From a virus (taxonomy: Duplodnaviria > Caudoviricetes), in the IMG/VR virus record IMGVR_UViG_3300032125_000008, positions 1-43,747 of that record: 43,747 nucleotides of DNA. One strand, given 5' to 3'. The position numbers were made by a program, and so were the translations under genes. Shown one piece after another: positions 10,787 through 19,363 of this stretch; positions within the stretch are counted from its first letter, which is position 1; the number at the start of each line of letters is the position of its first letter. Below the pieces are notes generated by a model. The model made no database searches. It saw only the letters and a program-made list of their open reading frames with translations, and was not told where the DNA came from.

Positions 10787-10874
10787 CGGAATAGTGTGCT
10801 ACTCGGAATCTGATAATGCTCAGCTAATGACCTACATTCTTGAGCTTGAGCGAGGCTATAATGCACTCCAATGA
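10659..10874 (+). CDS. putative o-spanin lipoprotein (Rz1-like)
   Basis: Signal peptide with lipobox IAG-C, Pro-rich linker, second Cys; overlapped-spanin geometry. Confidence 0.7.
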   Translation: MSATRLTLTLLSTLLISLAIAGCSSSMPTKPTTPSGLTVMAGDGIVCYSESDNAQLMTYILELERGYNALQ

Positions 10875-10887
10875 CTAGACTGATACT

Positions 10888-11223
10888 ATGCTCAACAAGA
10901 AACCCAAAATTTTACAGATGAGACCATGTAATATGCCAGATCCTATGTGGAATAAACTTGACAGGCATGATGAGATCATTAGTACACTCCAGCAGAAGCA
11001 GGCCGCAACAGACGCGCGGCTAAAAGCTATGGATGAAAGGATTGATCGCAATCAGCACGAAATAGTACGCTGTATAGGAAGACTCGAGGCAAAGATTGAC
11101 GAGCAAAGTAAGTGGATGAATAAATCAAAAGGCGGTCTCCGTTTTGGTGTGTGGTTAGCTGGCGTAAGTCTAACATTAATTGGCATCCTTGCCACATGGG
11201 TTAAGTTCTTTAAGGGCGGTTAA
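10888..11223 (+). CDS. coiled-coil protein with C-terminal TM helix (XhlA/holin-like lysis accessory)
   Basis: Heptad region followed by GVWLAGVSLTLIGILATWV; true start may be downstream. Confidence 0.5.
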   Translation: MLNKKPKILQMRPCNMPDPMWNKLDRHDEIISTLQQKQAATDARLKAMDERIDRNQHEIVRCIGRLEAKIDEQSKWMNKSKGGLRFGVWLAGVSLTLIGILATWVKFFKGG

Positions 11224-11500
11224 CTGTTAATTCACTTTGTAGAGCATCGACAACGGTTTGCAAATCCCAAGCGGCTATTGCAATACCGTTGTTTTTTCTT
11301 ATACGTTCTAAAGTATACTCTTGTAACTTAGATAATGTACCTTTTCCATACTTAACTTCTATAGCTACAAATATGCCTTTAGGTGAACAAGCTAAAATAT
11401 CAGGAGTACCTTTTTTATTAGTAATTATAGTCTTAATAGCCCAAAAGCCATTTAAGTTTAGCCATTTAAGTATTACTGTTTGTAGATCTTGTTCGCTCAT
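11210..11500 (-). CDS. VRR-NUC / PD-(D/E)xK endonuclease (possible Holliday junction resolvase)
   Basis: SEQDLQ...GTPDIL...AIEVK...LSKLQ motif. Confidence 0.88.
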   Translation of the reverse strand: MSEQDLQTVILKWLNLNGFWAIKTIITNKKGTPDILACSPKGIFVAIEVKYGKGTLSKLQEYTLERIRKNNGIAIAAWDLQTVVDALQSELTVNRP

Positions 11501-12381
11501 ACATCACCCATATCTAAAGGATTACGCCAGCCTAAGAATACAGCTGGACCACGAGGTACACCAGACTTAGTTATTCCTTGATGCTTAAACCTAGCTAAAA
11601 GCACTAAGTACTTTGCTTTGTTATTCCAGATTTCTACACGTTGAGCTATACTGAAACCTGTGCCAATCTTAAAGATGTTACCTTGATACTTGCAGATCAA
11701 TGAACCCATCATACCACTTGCTATTCTATTATCTTGGTGCTTAGATCGTACAGCATAGCCCATTTCATTTAGCTGTTTATCGTTGTCATTATGATGAAGC
11801 TCTGTGAAGTCTATTACAATAGCTTCATCAGGATCAAATGGCTTCATTTTCATACCCATTTCTTGTATTTGAGTACTGCGACCATGCTTATATATTGCAA
11901 ACGGATCGCGCAGTATAAGGCCTTCATAACCATCAGACCTTGCTTGATCGTATAACACTATTGCTTGCTCAGGTTCAACTATAGTTACGTGCTCTACACC
12001 AAAAGCAAACTCATGATCTAAACAGAAAGTTTGTGCTAATCCTAGTCTAGTCACAAAAGCTTGGTTAAACGGTTTAGCGTAATCAAACACTTTAAATTCA
12101 AAATCAGGTTGTCCTGTACGGCTCATGAACGCTGATTGATTGTTATCATACACTAGACCATCTTTACCTTTTAATACTAATTCACCATCTAGAAACGGCG
12201 GTAAATCTGCAAGTACTTTTTGTGCGTACAGATTAGGTATTTGCTTTAAGCTGTTAGACAATAATCCTTTTTCACTAGTGACTCCTCGAATACCATCAAA
12301 TTTAACAGATGCAAGCTTAGGCCATTTTTTCATATCAAATGGACTAACTAGTTTACTGCAAGGCTTCATAGGTCTAAACAT
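11497..12381 (-). CDS. ATP-dependent DNA ligase
   Basis: Motif I KFDGIR, LDGEL, FKVFD, EGLILR, KMKP; OB domain IGTGFS. Confidence 0.93.
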   Translation of the reverse strand: MFRPMKPCSKLVSPFDMKKWPKLASVKFDGIRGVTSEKGLLSNSLKQIPNLYAQKVLADLPPFLDGELVLKGKDGLVYDNNQSAFMSRTGQPDFEFKVFDYAKPFNQAFVTRLGLAQTFCLDHEFAFGVEHVTIVEPEQAIVLYDQARSDGYEGLILRDPFAIYKHGRSTQIQEMGMKMKPFDPDEAIVIDFTELHHNDNDKQLNEMGYAVRSKHQDNRIASGMMGSLICKYQGNIFKIGTGFSIAQRVEIWNNKAKYLVLLARFKHQGITKSGVPRGPAVFLGWRNPLDMGDV

Positions 12382-13571
12382 TATATAGTACTCCGTTTGA
12401 ACACACTATCTACAAAATTTCGCTTATTCAACGACACTGTTTTATACACTTGAGCGCTTATTGCTCCTTTGACTAATAAGAAATGCACATTTATTGGTAT
12501 ACTACGCTTCTTGTTACTTTGCCTAGCTCTTCGCTGTGTGTGTCTTGCTGTAGAGAAGTCTTGCGAGTAAATAACTAAGTCTTGATACTCATACAAATCC
12601 ACACCTTCTGCATAAGACGTTGCTTGTAGTATTAAAGCATTCTTGAAATGCTGCTCTAGCTTCTGCTTTTCAGCTATGTAGTTATACATTATTACTAACG
12701 AACTGTTATCACCAAACTTGTTAAGTATGAAATCCACTTTTTCAGTATTGGTTAGTACATACCTGTCTACATCTATTTTTATTGTGCCTCCTTCTAGCTG
12801 GTGTAGGCTAGTCCTAAGCTTAGAACTATTGTCACAGACAACCATGCCTACCCTTAGCTCAACTAAGTCATGTTTTACCAGTTCGTTGTACACTTCTCGT
12901 GTAGTTGAATCTAACTTAATATGATGCACAACGTCTGTAGGCTCATGCTCAAAACCTAGTTCTTGTCTAGTAGCAGTTACAAACAAATGTTTAACGCATG
13001 CTAAAGCAGAGTATACATCTACTTTATCATACTGCTGTATATCTATGCAATTAATTTTTATACTGTAAGGCTTACCATACATTCTGAACCATTCATAAAA
13101 TGAATTATGCATTTTCCAGGGTGACCAAGAAGACAAAGCAAACTGATGATATAGTTGCTGTGGCCCTTGAGCATGTGGTGTCGCACTTATATAAATCAAT
13201 GGTACAAAAGCAGTTAGCTTATTTACATCTTTCCATAGCTTTCCTACTTTAGGAAAAGCAGAGATGTAGTTGTGCGACTCATCTAGCATTATAAGATCAA
13301 ACTTACCAGCTACTTTACTAGCTTTATGGTAGTTAATTACAGTATAATCTTTTAAATGCTTGAACTGCTTTAAAGTTTCTAACCAACCGCCTAATGCTTG
13401 TTTCTTAGTTATTATCAGTACAGTACTTACTTGCTCGCATCTTTCTGCAACCAATATAGCTGCTAGACTTTTACCAGTGCGCTCCTCACATGCTAAATAG
13501 ACGATCATATCTTCGCGTAATATTTCATACGCGTCATCAGCTAGTCTGGTCTGATAATCGTAAGGTGTCAT
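12381..13571 (-). CDS. superfamily 2 (SNF2-like) helicase
   Basis: RTGKS Walker A, DESH, SATP motif III, EGVDL, QRRAR motif VI. Confidence 0.85.
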   Translation of the reverse strand: MTPYDYQTRLADDAYEILREDMIVYLACEERTGKSLAAILVAERCEQVSTVLIITKKQALGGWLETLKQFKHLKDYTVINYHKASKVAGKFDLIMLDESHNYISAFPKVGKLWKDVNKLTAFVPLIYISATPHAQGPQQLYHQFALSSWSPWKMHNSFYEWFRMYGKPYSIKINCIDIQQYDKVDVYSALACVKHLFVTATRQELGFEHEPTDVVHHIKLDSTTREVYNELVKHDLVELRVGMVVCDNSSKLRTSLHQLEGGTIKIDVDRYVLTNTEKVDFILNKFGDNSSLVIMYNYIAEKQKLEQHFKNALILQATSYAEGVDLYEYQDLVIYSQDFSTARHTQRRARQSNKKRSIPINVHFLLVKGAISAQVYKTVSLNKRNFVDSVFKRSTI

Positions 13572-13753
13572 ACAGCATCCGTTACTTCTATATGAAAGTG
13601 TGTTTTAACGATGTCTGCATAAGCTTTAGACATTCTAGTGTTCCTTTGCCATTGACTTACAGACTGAGGTGATGCACCAATTAACTGAGCAAATCTATAC
13701 CCAGAAATATTGTGCTCTTTTAAAATACACTCAACTGCCGCTTTAGTATTCAT
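13568..13753 (-). CDS. Cro/XRE-like HTH protein
   Basis: SGYRFAQLIGASPQSVSQW helix-turn-helix. Confidence 0.75.
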   Translation of the reverse strand: MNTKAAVECILKEHNISGYRFAQLIGASPQSVSQWQRNTRMSKAYADIVKTHFHIEVTDAV

Positions 13754-14643
13754 ACTCTAACCACTGCAGCATCAATAAACACATCTTCATCAGAATACTC
13801 CACATCAAAAGGCGACAGCAATTCTTCAGTTCTGTCTTCTTTAGTCTGAGTAATCTTAGTACTATACAATACTTCTATTGTTTCTTTAATTAGCTCAGGA
13901 GTATAGCGTGTATCAATTAGCTCTTGATTCTGCTTAAACCTGTTTAATGCAACTTTATCTAGCAGTTCACAGTTTTCTAGATTGTCTGGGTAATGCTCAC
14001 TGACTTCTGCAATTATCTTTTTAGTTATAGATTTTTGACGTGGCTTGTCTCCTTCGATCATAAAGAAGTCTTCTACACTAAACACGTTAGGTATGCCGTC
14101 ACCTGTGTCACCTTTTAAAATGTGAGTAACAAGATCGTACTCAGTGTTTTCTAACGTCAACATCTTGTTGCGATTAGGGCTGAACTGGAATGTACCAGAG
14201 TACAAAGTTTGCAACTGAATCATGTCTTTGTCGCTAGATACGATTACAGTCTTTTCATCTTTATCATGAGCATACTTAGCTAACACTGCAATAACATCGT
14301 CAGCTTCTGCGCCACGAGTATCAATCATAACATAATTAGTGTATTCAATGATGTCTTGCTTTAGAATAGCTAAGTGTTCATAAAACAAATCACTGTTAAT
14401 TGTAGACGTCTCGCGTGCTTTAAGTCGTGGAGCTTTGTATGCAGGTTGTACATACGAACGCCAATAAGGTTTATTGTCTGCACATATAATCATACGACCG
14501 AACTGCTCACTGTACTGCTTTTCGTAATCAATCAAATCTGTGAAAAGTGTATGTCTAACTTGCTCAATACTAGGCTCTTGTTCGTTAACATAAAAGTTGA
14601 TGATTTTATGATAAGCGACACCTGACAAATCAATAAGTAGCAT
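13750..14643 (-). CDS. T4-type RNase H / 5'-3' flap exonuclease
   Basis: LLIDLS, YWRS.V.PAYK..R, EADDVIA, SSDKDMIQL, LKGDTGDGIPN; start moved to 14643 (GGAG RBS). Confidence 0.9.
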   Translation of the reverse strand: MLLIDLSGVAYHKIINFYVNEQEPSIEQVRHTLFTDLIDYEKQYSEQFGRMIICADNKPYWRSYVQPAYKAPRLKARETSTINSDLFYEHLAILKQDIIEYTNYVMIDTRGAEADDVIAVLAKYAHDKDEKTVIVSSDKDMIQLQTLYSGTFQFSPNRNKMLTLENTEYDLVTHILKGDTGDGIPNVFSVEDFFMIEGDKPRQKSITKKIIAEVSEHYPDNLENCELLDKVALNRFKQNQELIDTRYTPELIKETIEVLYSTKITQTKEDRTEELLSPFDVEYSDEDVFIDAAVVRV

Positions 14644-14780
14644 AATAGGTACTCCAAAGTAAAGGTGATTAAGATCTCCTGTGGCCTCCGTCACCAAGTT
14701 TAAATTTAGGCCCTGATAAACATATTAGCCTAGATTTAAAACTTGATGACGACTACGAAAACCACGTAGAATCTGATTTT

Positions 14781-15368
14781 TTAAATATCGATTTTCGTCT
14801 TTGATTGCCCGTCCAATTCGATCAAAAAAGCCATGTTTGTCATAGCATGCCACAAGTGTGGCATACCTGAGTCTTGATCGTGTATTTCTCCTTCTCTATA
14901 GTCTTGTATGTGTCTTAGCATAGCCGCTTCGTAACGACTAAGGTCATCGCAGTTACGCCAATTGTCCGGCTTGTACTTTCTTGCACCAAATGTTAATACT
15001 TCAGCTAAAGCTCTAGTTGAAGATGCTGGAACTAAGTCTAGTCTGAGTTTATCTCCATCGAATTTAATAAACTCCTCGACGACTTCAACACTGGTTATAC
15101 CTGTGTCCATTAATATTGCTGCGCAGTTAGGACAAGGTGGCTGAGACACGTAAGCAGTATATGGACCTGTGTCATTGTCTTCAAATTCGTCACAAGCCAT
15201 CGCTTCAGCATGAATGTCTGGTGTCTCATCATCGTCAAAAGAAGCATTGCGACCTGCAGCAATTATTGATCCATTTTTATTTACGATGACACAACCTACT
15301 TTGCGCTTATCTACGTTAGACTTAGCTGCTTCAGCAAGTACGTATTTAACTATCTCTTTAGTAGCCAT
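14781..15368 (-). CDS. dCMP deaminase fused to a DUF5664-type dATP/dGTP diphosphohydrolase domain
   Basis: N-half KVGCVIV, HAE, PCPNC (CDA fold); C-half KFDGDKLRLDLVP...VLTFGARKY..NW...AMLRH...DSGMPHLWHA. Confidence 0.85.
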   Translation of the reverse strand: MATKEIVKYVLAEAAKSNVDKRKVGCVIVNKNGSIIAAGRNASFDDDETPDIHAEAMACDEFEDNDTGPYTAYVSQPPCPNCAAILMDTGITSVEVVEEFIKFDGDKLRLDLVPASSTRALAEVLTFGARKYKPDNWRNCDDLSRYEAAMLRHIQDYREGEIHDQDSGMPHLWHAMTNMAFLIELDGQSKTKIDI

Positions 15369-15940
15369 TAGACACCTTTATCTATGATTGCTTGTAAGCG
15401 TGGCTCAGGCGGTACAAAGTATGCGCCTTTGTCACCTGCGTTAGCTTTTATATGCGAGTCAGTCTTTTTGATAGACTTAGAGTCATTACTATCACATACT
15501 ACAAGTAATGCTTCTACAAATTCTTCAGATGTCAAACCGTTGTAGTTTGCTTGAGCAAAGCTCAAAGTAATTAGCATTTGAATGTTGTGAATATGAGACG
15601 ACACAACTTTAGTGTTAGAAAATCTACTTAGCACCATTGAACTTATTTCAACTGGTTCAAAAGAATCAGTATTATTTAACATCCTAATAACTGCATTATG
15701 CGCTTTACTTTCACTATTTACAATAGCTTCATTTGCTACGTCTAGTTTCCATATAACGCCTAGCGCTACATAAACTACATCGCATAGAGCGTCTAGTCTA
15801 TCAACGTCTGTATCTGCATCAAAGTATTCTTGTAATTCTTCTTTTAACAAATCTACACTTAGCTCGTGATTATAGTCGCGTGCGTACCTAAGTGAATTCC
15901 AATTAATTACTTTGTCATACACTACATTCATGTTAATCAT
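15368..15940 (-). CDS. MazG-like all-alpha NTP pyrophosphohydrolase
   Basis: LLKEELQEY...DALCDVVYVA acidic motif; C-terminal V.DSN.SK...K...FVPPE. Confidence 0.75.
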   Translation of the reverse strand: MINMNVVYDKVINWNSLRYARDYNHELSVDLLKEELQEYFDADTDVDRLDALCDVVYVALGVIWKLDVANEAIVNSESKAHNAVIRMLNNTDSFEPVEISSMVLSRFSNTKVVSSHIHNIQMLITLSFAQANYNGLTSEEFVEALLVVCDSNDSKSIKKTDSHIKANAGDKGAYFVPPEPRLQAIIDKGV

Positions 15941-15966
15941 GCTTTTAACTCCTTTAGTTAACTAGT

Positions 15967-16773
15967 TTACGCCTTGAGTTCTAAGTCAAGTTTAGCGTGT
16001 GATTGATATACACTCAGTGCAATATCGCTGGGTTTAAACATACAAAAATCTTTGCCTGGTTTAGATGTCAACCTGTAAGTTGGTGCATTACCCGGTAGTG
16101 GACTGCAGCATACTTTCTTTATGTACTGTAGTGCTGCTTCGTAGTGCTCAGCATAGATGTGGCAATCACCGAGTGACATCTTAATTTCACCTGGCTGTAA
16201 ACTAAACTCATTAGCAATAGCTATTAGCCAAGCAGCTGCAAATACAATATCTGATGGTAGACCGATCATCATATCAACTGAACGCTGTGTCCACAGCATA
16301 TCAAGATACTTACCATCACGAACATAGAATTGATACATCATGTGACAGCAAGGTAAATCTAACTCATCAAGCTTTTCTGGTCGCCAGCCATTAATAATCA
16401 TACGACGATTCATAGGATCATAAGCTAGTGCATGCTTTAGCTTTTTAATCTGATCGTCAGCATGCCATGCATTGCCATAGTCGACGTTTATAGAACCATC
16501 TTCTTTAGCCCACTGATCCCAATAATTACAGCCCCACGTTCTAAAATCATAAATATTAGTAGGCTTACGTAGCATTGCTGCTAGCTCACCGAATACACCT
16601 TGCGGATACATCTTGCGGCCTTGCAAAATTGGGAATGAGTTGGTGCCATTTATTGGAACAGTTAACATATCACCAAACAGAGATATAGTTTCACCGTTAC
16701 GGGTCTGTCGTCTTTCACCGTTAGATAAAATGTAGCCTATCATGTCAGCGTAGTGTCGTTCAAACTGTTGCAT
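15967..16773 (-). CDS. thyA: thymidylate synthase homologue with Asp at the E. coli Asn177 position (possible dCMP methyltransferase)
   Basis: TRNG, GRK, YWDQW, RRMII.GW, LPCCH, QFYV, QRSVD..IGLPSD, DCHIY. Confidence 0.9.
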   Translation of the reverse strand: MQQFERHYADMIGYILSNGERRQTRNGETISLFGDMLTVPINGTNSFPILQGRKMYPQGVFGELAAMLRKPTNIYDFRTWGCNYWDQWAKEDGSINVDYGNAWHADDQIKKLKHALAYDPMNRRMIINGWRPEKLDELDLPCCHMMYQFYVRDGKYLDMLWTQRSVDMMIGLPSDIVFAAAWLIAIANEFSLQPGEIKMSLGDCHIYAEHYEAALQYIKKVCCSPLPGNAPTYRLTSKPGKDFCMFKPSDIALSVYQSHAKLDLELKA

Positions 16774-16783
16774 AGCATTCTCC

Positions 16784-16981
16784 TTATCGTAAATGATTAA
16801 TTTTTAAACAGTTGTTTAACTCACACCATATAGCTGATCTGCATTCTCGATGTAACTCTTCTTCTGTTTCAGGTGTTGTGCCTAATGGACAATTTTGAAG
16901 TACGTCAGATAAATATCTTGCTTCATCTTCATTTAAGTCAAGTAGTACTCGTGTGCTTGTTTGTACTGTTGAACGTGCCAT
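16784..16981 (-). CDS. hypothetical protein
   Basis: Likely start MARST at 16981 with GGAG RBS, downstream of the promoter at 17009-17037. Confidence 0.6.
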   Translation of the reverse strand: MARSTVQTSTRVLLDLNEDEARYLSDVLQNCPLGTTPETEEELHRECRSAIWCELNNCLKINHLR

Positions 16982-17008
16982 AATTAACTCCATTGATTTA
17001 TTAAATAC

Positions 17009-17050
17009 ATTATACCGTACTACATCCAGTTTGTTAAATAACATTTTGGA
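17009..17050 (-). promoter_or_regulatory. sigma70-like promoter TTAACA-17-TATAAT with upstream TCCAAAnnnTTAT motif
   Basis: -10 at 17009-17014, -35 at 17032-17037; shares its motif with the 25471 and 33096 promoters. Confidence 0.75.
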
Positions 17051-17070
17051 CTAAGCTTATAACTTATTGT

Positions 17071-18789
17071 TTATTTACTTATGCCTGTGTTAAGTCTGTC
17101 ATACATGACCATCCCATCTAAGTGATAGTCCCAAACATTAGCACAATCATCGTCTTCAATGTCACCCCAATTGAAACCAACAGCTACGTCTACAGGCATA
17201 GGCAGGTCTTTGATCTTGTACAACTTACTCATTTCTACCCATGCTTCCTGCATACACTCTGCTAGCTTTATTGCTACTGCTTTATACACTTCAGGATCAT
17301 TAGTAGCATCAATAATAAATGAGTCATGAATGAAGTCACCTATCATGACATCTGTATTACACTCTTTATTATAGTTAGCTAACCATGGAGCAAAGTAATG
17401 AAGAGCCAATTTAGCCACTTCTGCGCCAGCGCCTTGATTCATGATGTTCATTTGATCTGTCATAAGATTACCTACATACTTACGACCAAAAGGTGTGCTA
17501 CCTAACTCACCGCGTCTCCAAGCACTTATTTCTTTTTGTTGCCACTTATTAATTTCACCAAACAAACTTAGCCATTTACGCTTGTGTCTTGTAGCTAGTC
17601 GCTCTTCTATCAACAAACCGTAAGTAATCAGTATGCTTAGTACCATACCAACAGAGCCGCCATACAGTAAATTAAAATTGTACGTCTTAGTTACTTGTCT
17701 ATCTTTCTTCGTCCAATCTTCGCCAAACAATACTGATGCCACAAAGCCGTGCAAATCCACGCCTTTTCTGAACATTTCTTCCATTAGCTTAATAGCAAGA
17801 ATAGCACATATAGTTCTTAGCTCTAGCTGAGCATAATCTGAATAAATAAGGATGCGATCTGAATCAACAGGGTAACCAAACACTACTTTTAGAGCTCTTG
17901 GTATTTGCTGAAGGTTTTCATCAGACGAAGTAAATCGACCTGACCTAGCTGACGGTTTAAACTTACCTATAACTCTTTCTACATCGTACTTAGTTAAAAA
18001 GCTAAGTAGCTTGCTTCGTGTACGAACGTCTAACACTGCGCGCGCTTTATCATTACCACGCAATGCCAACTCAGATAGAAATTTCTTGTCTGACTGTTCT
18101 ACATTAAGCCACTTGCGTACTTGCTGCCAGGAGTTAGCATTAATAGGCATTGGTATTGCTGCAAGTTCTTTACTGATTCTTGTATACTCTGCATTCAATC
18201 GTTCACTATCTACGGGCATGCCATTCCATTGAAAGTCTAGTGCTATACGAAGGCTAGACATATCAAGTTGGTATACAGGTGTTTCAATTGCTGATTTTAC
18301 TGCTTCCCATACTTCTGGCATGTACTTAACATCTAATGCAGCATACAACAGTTGATCTTTTGTTAATGATGGTGAAGACCAATCTGACTTTTGCAATATG
18401 CTTTTATTCAATCCTGCTTTATTATAAGGATCATAACCAATAACGCTAGTTATAGCTGCATCTAGCGAAAACTCCATCCAGTAAGGCTTAGCTATACGTG
18501 CAGCTAGGAATGTATCGTCGAATTTTTCAGGAACGAATCTAGTGCCAGTTTGTTGCTGCGCTGTAGTTATATCGTAATGTGAGTTGTGCCAAATTGTATA
18601 ATGCTTTATTATGAAAGCAGCTAGCTGAATAGAATTAGGCCATTCAACTAGTAGTACATGTTTCCAATCTTTTTGATAACACTGTAGTAGTCTAACTTTA
18701 CCATAAAAGCCGCAAGTTTCAGTGTCACAAAATAGAGGCTGAGATTCATCAACAACAACAATGTCTATAAGCTTAACTATTCTATACAT
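17071..18789 (-). CDS. polA: DNA polymerase family A with 3'-5' exonuclease
   Basis: Exo DTET / HNSHYD / YAALD; SGRF..S..NLQQIP; motif A DYAQLELR; motif B RQVTKTYNFNLLYG; motif C IHDS; start probably 18789. Confidence 0.95.
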   Translation of the reverse strand: MYRIVKLIDIVVVDESQPLFCDTETCGFYGKVRLLQCYQKDWKHVLLVEWPNSIQLAAFIIKHYTIWHNSHYDITTAQQQTGTRFVPEKFDDTFLAARIAKPYWMEFSLDAAITSVIGYDPYNKAGLNKSILQKSDWSSPSLTKDQLLYAALDVKYMPEVWEAVKSAIETPVYQLDMSSLRIALDFQWNGMPVDSERLNAEYTRISKELAAIPMPINANSWQQVRKWLNVEQSDKKFLSELALRGNDKARAVLDVRTRSKLLSFLTKYDVERVIGKFKPSARSGRFTSSDENLQQIPRALKVVFGYPVDSDRILIYSDYAQLELRTICAILAIKLMEEMFRKGVDLHGFVASVLFGEDWTKKDRQVTKTYNFNLLYGGSVGMVLSILITYGLLIEERLATRHKRKWLSLFGEINKWQQKEISAWRRGELGSTPFGRKYVGNLMTDQMNIMNQGAGAEVAKLALHYFAPWLANYNKECNTDVMIGDFIHDSFIIDATNDPEVYKAVAIKLAECMQEAWVEMSKLYKIKDLPMPVDVAVGFNWGDIEDDDCANVWDYHLDGMVMYDRLNTGISK

Positions 18790-19039
18790 TGTTTTTTCTG
18801 CATGCTGGTGGACATTCATCATTAGTATCCCAAGTTGTTCTACAGAAATGGCATATAGTTTGACAACTGTACTGTATTGCTTCGCAATTACTGCTTATGT
18901 AATACACACAATCTTGCCATTCTTTACAACCGCGCGGATCATAGTCTTTTTCTTTTTTAGCGTCTTCATAACCTGCTGTATATAACGCGTCTAGTAATTC
19001 GTGTGTTTTTGCTGCTGATTTAATTACTGGCTTATTCAT
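18782..19039 (-). CDS. Cys-rich hypothetical protein
   Basis: Overlaps both neighbours; 8 Cys in the C-terminal half. Confidence 0.5.
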   Translation of the reverse strand: MNKPVIKSAAKTHELLDALYTAGYEDAKKEKDYDPRGCKEWQDCVYYISSNCEAIQYSCQTICHFCRTTWDTNDECPPACRKNNV

Positions 19040-19331
19040 GAGTACATTCAGCCTCTATTCTAGAGCAGTCGTCAAAAGTTAGTTTATTAGTTAGCCACTC
19101 AGCATAATAACCTTTACGGTCAACTAAGTGCCAAATAACATCTGCTTCTTCGGGAGGGTCGCAGTCGCCGGGGCCGGCTCCAGGAAAGGTATGCTGCTTC
19201 CAAGGTTTTGCATGTGTGTAGCTATCAATTACTACACCACAAGGAATGCCTGAAACAGTTGTTGTAAAATCTGCTACTTCGCGATTACTCATAGTTGACT
19301 CCAGCGTCAGTGAGCAATTAATTAATAGCAT
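19032..19331 (-). CDS. hypothetical phage protein
   Basis: GIPCGVVI...DPPE...DRKGY.AEWL pattern; start may be at the downstream MSNRE. Confidence 0.6.
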   Translation of the reverse strand: MLLINCSLTLESTMSNREVADFTTTVSGIPCGVVIDSYTHAKPWKQHTFPGAGPGDCDPPEEADVIWHLVDRKGYYAEWLTNKLTFDDCSRIEAECTHE

Positions 19332-19363
19332 ACTTTAACCGGTATGCCAGCGGCTGTTGTTAC

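Noticed and set aside
13568-13753. Lysogeny switch
   Set aside because: Cro-like HTH only; no integrase, CI-like repressor or partition genes recognised
14781-15940. Z-genome (2-aminoadenine) pathway
   Set aside because: A DUF5664-like domain and a MazG-like protein are present, but no PurZ or HD-domain dATPase is recognisable
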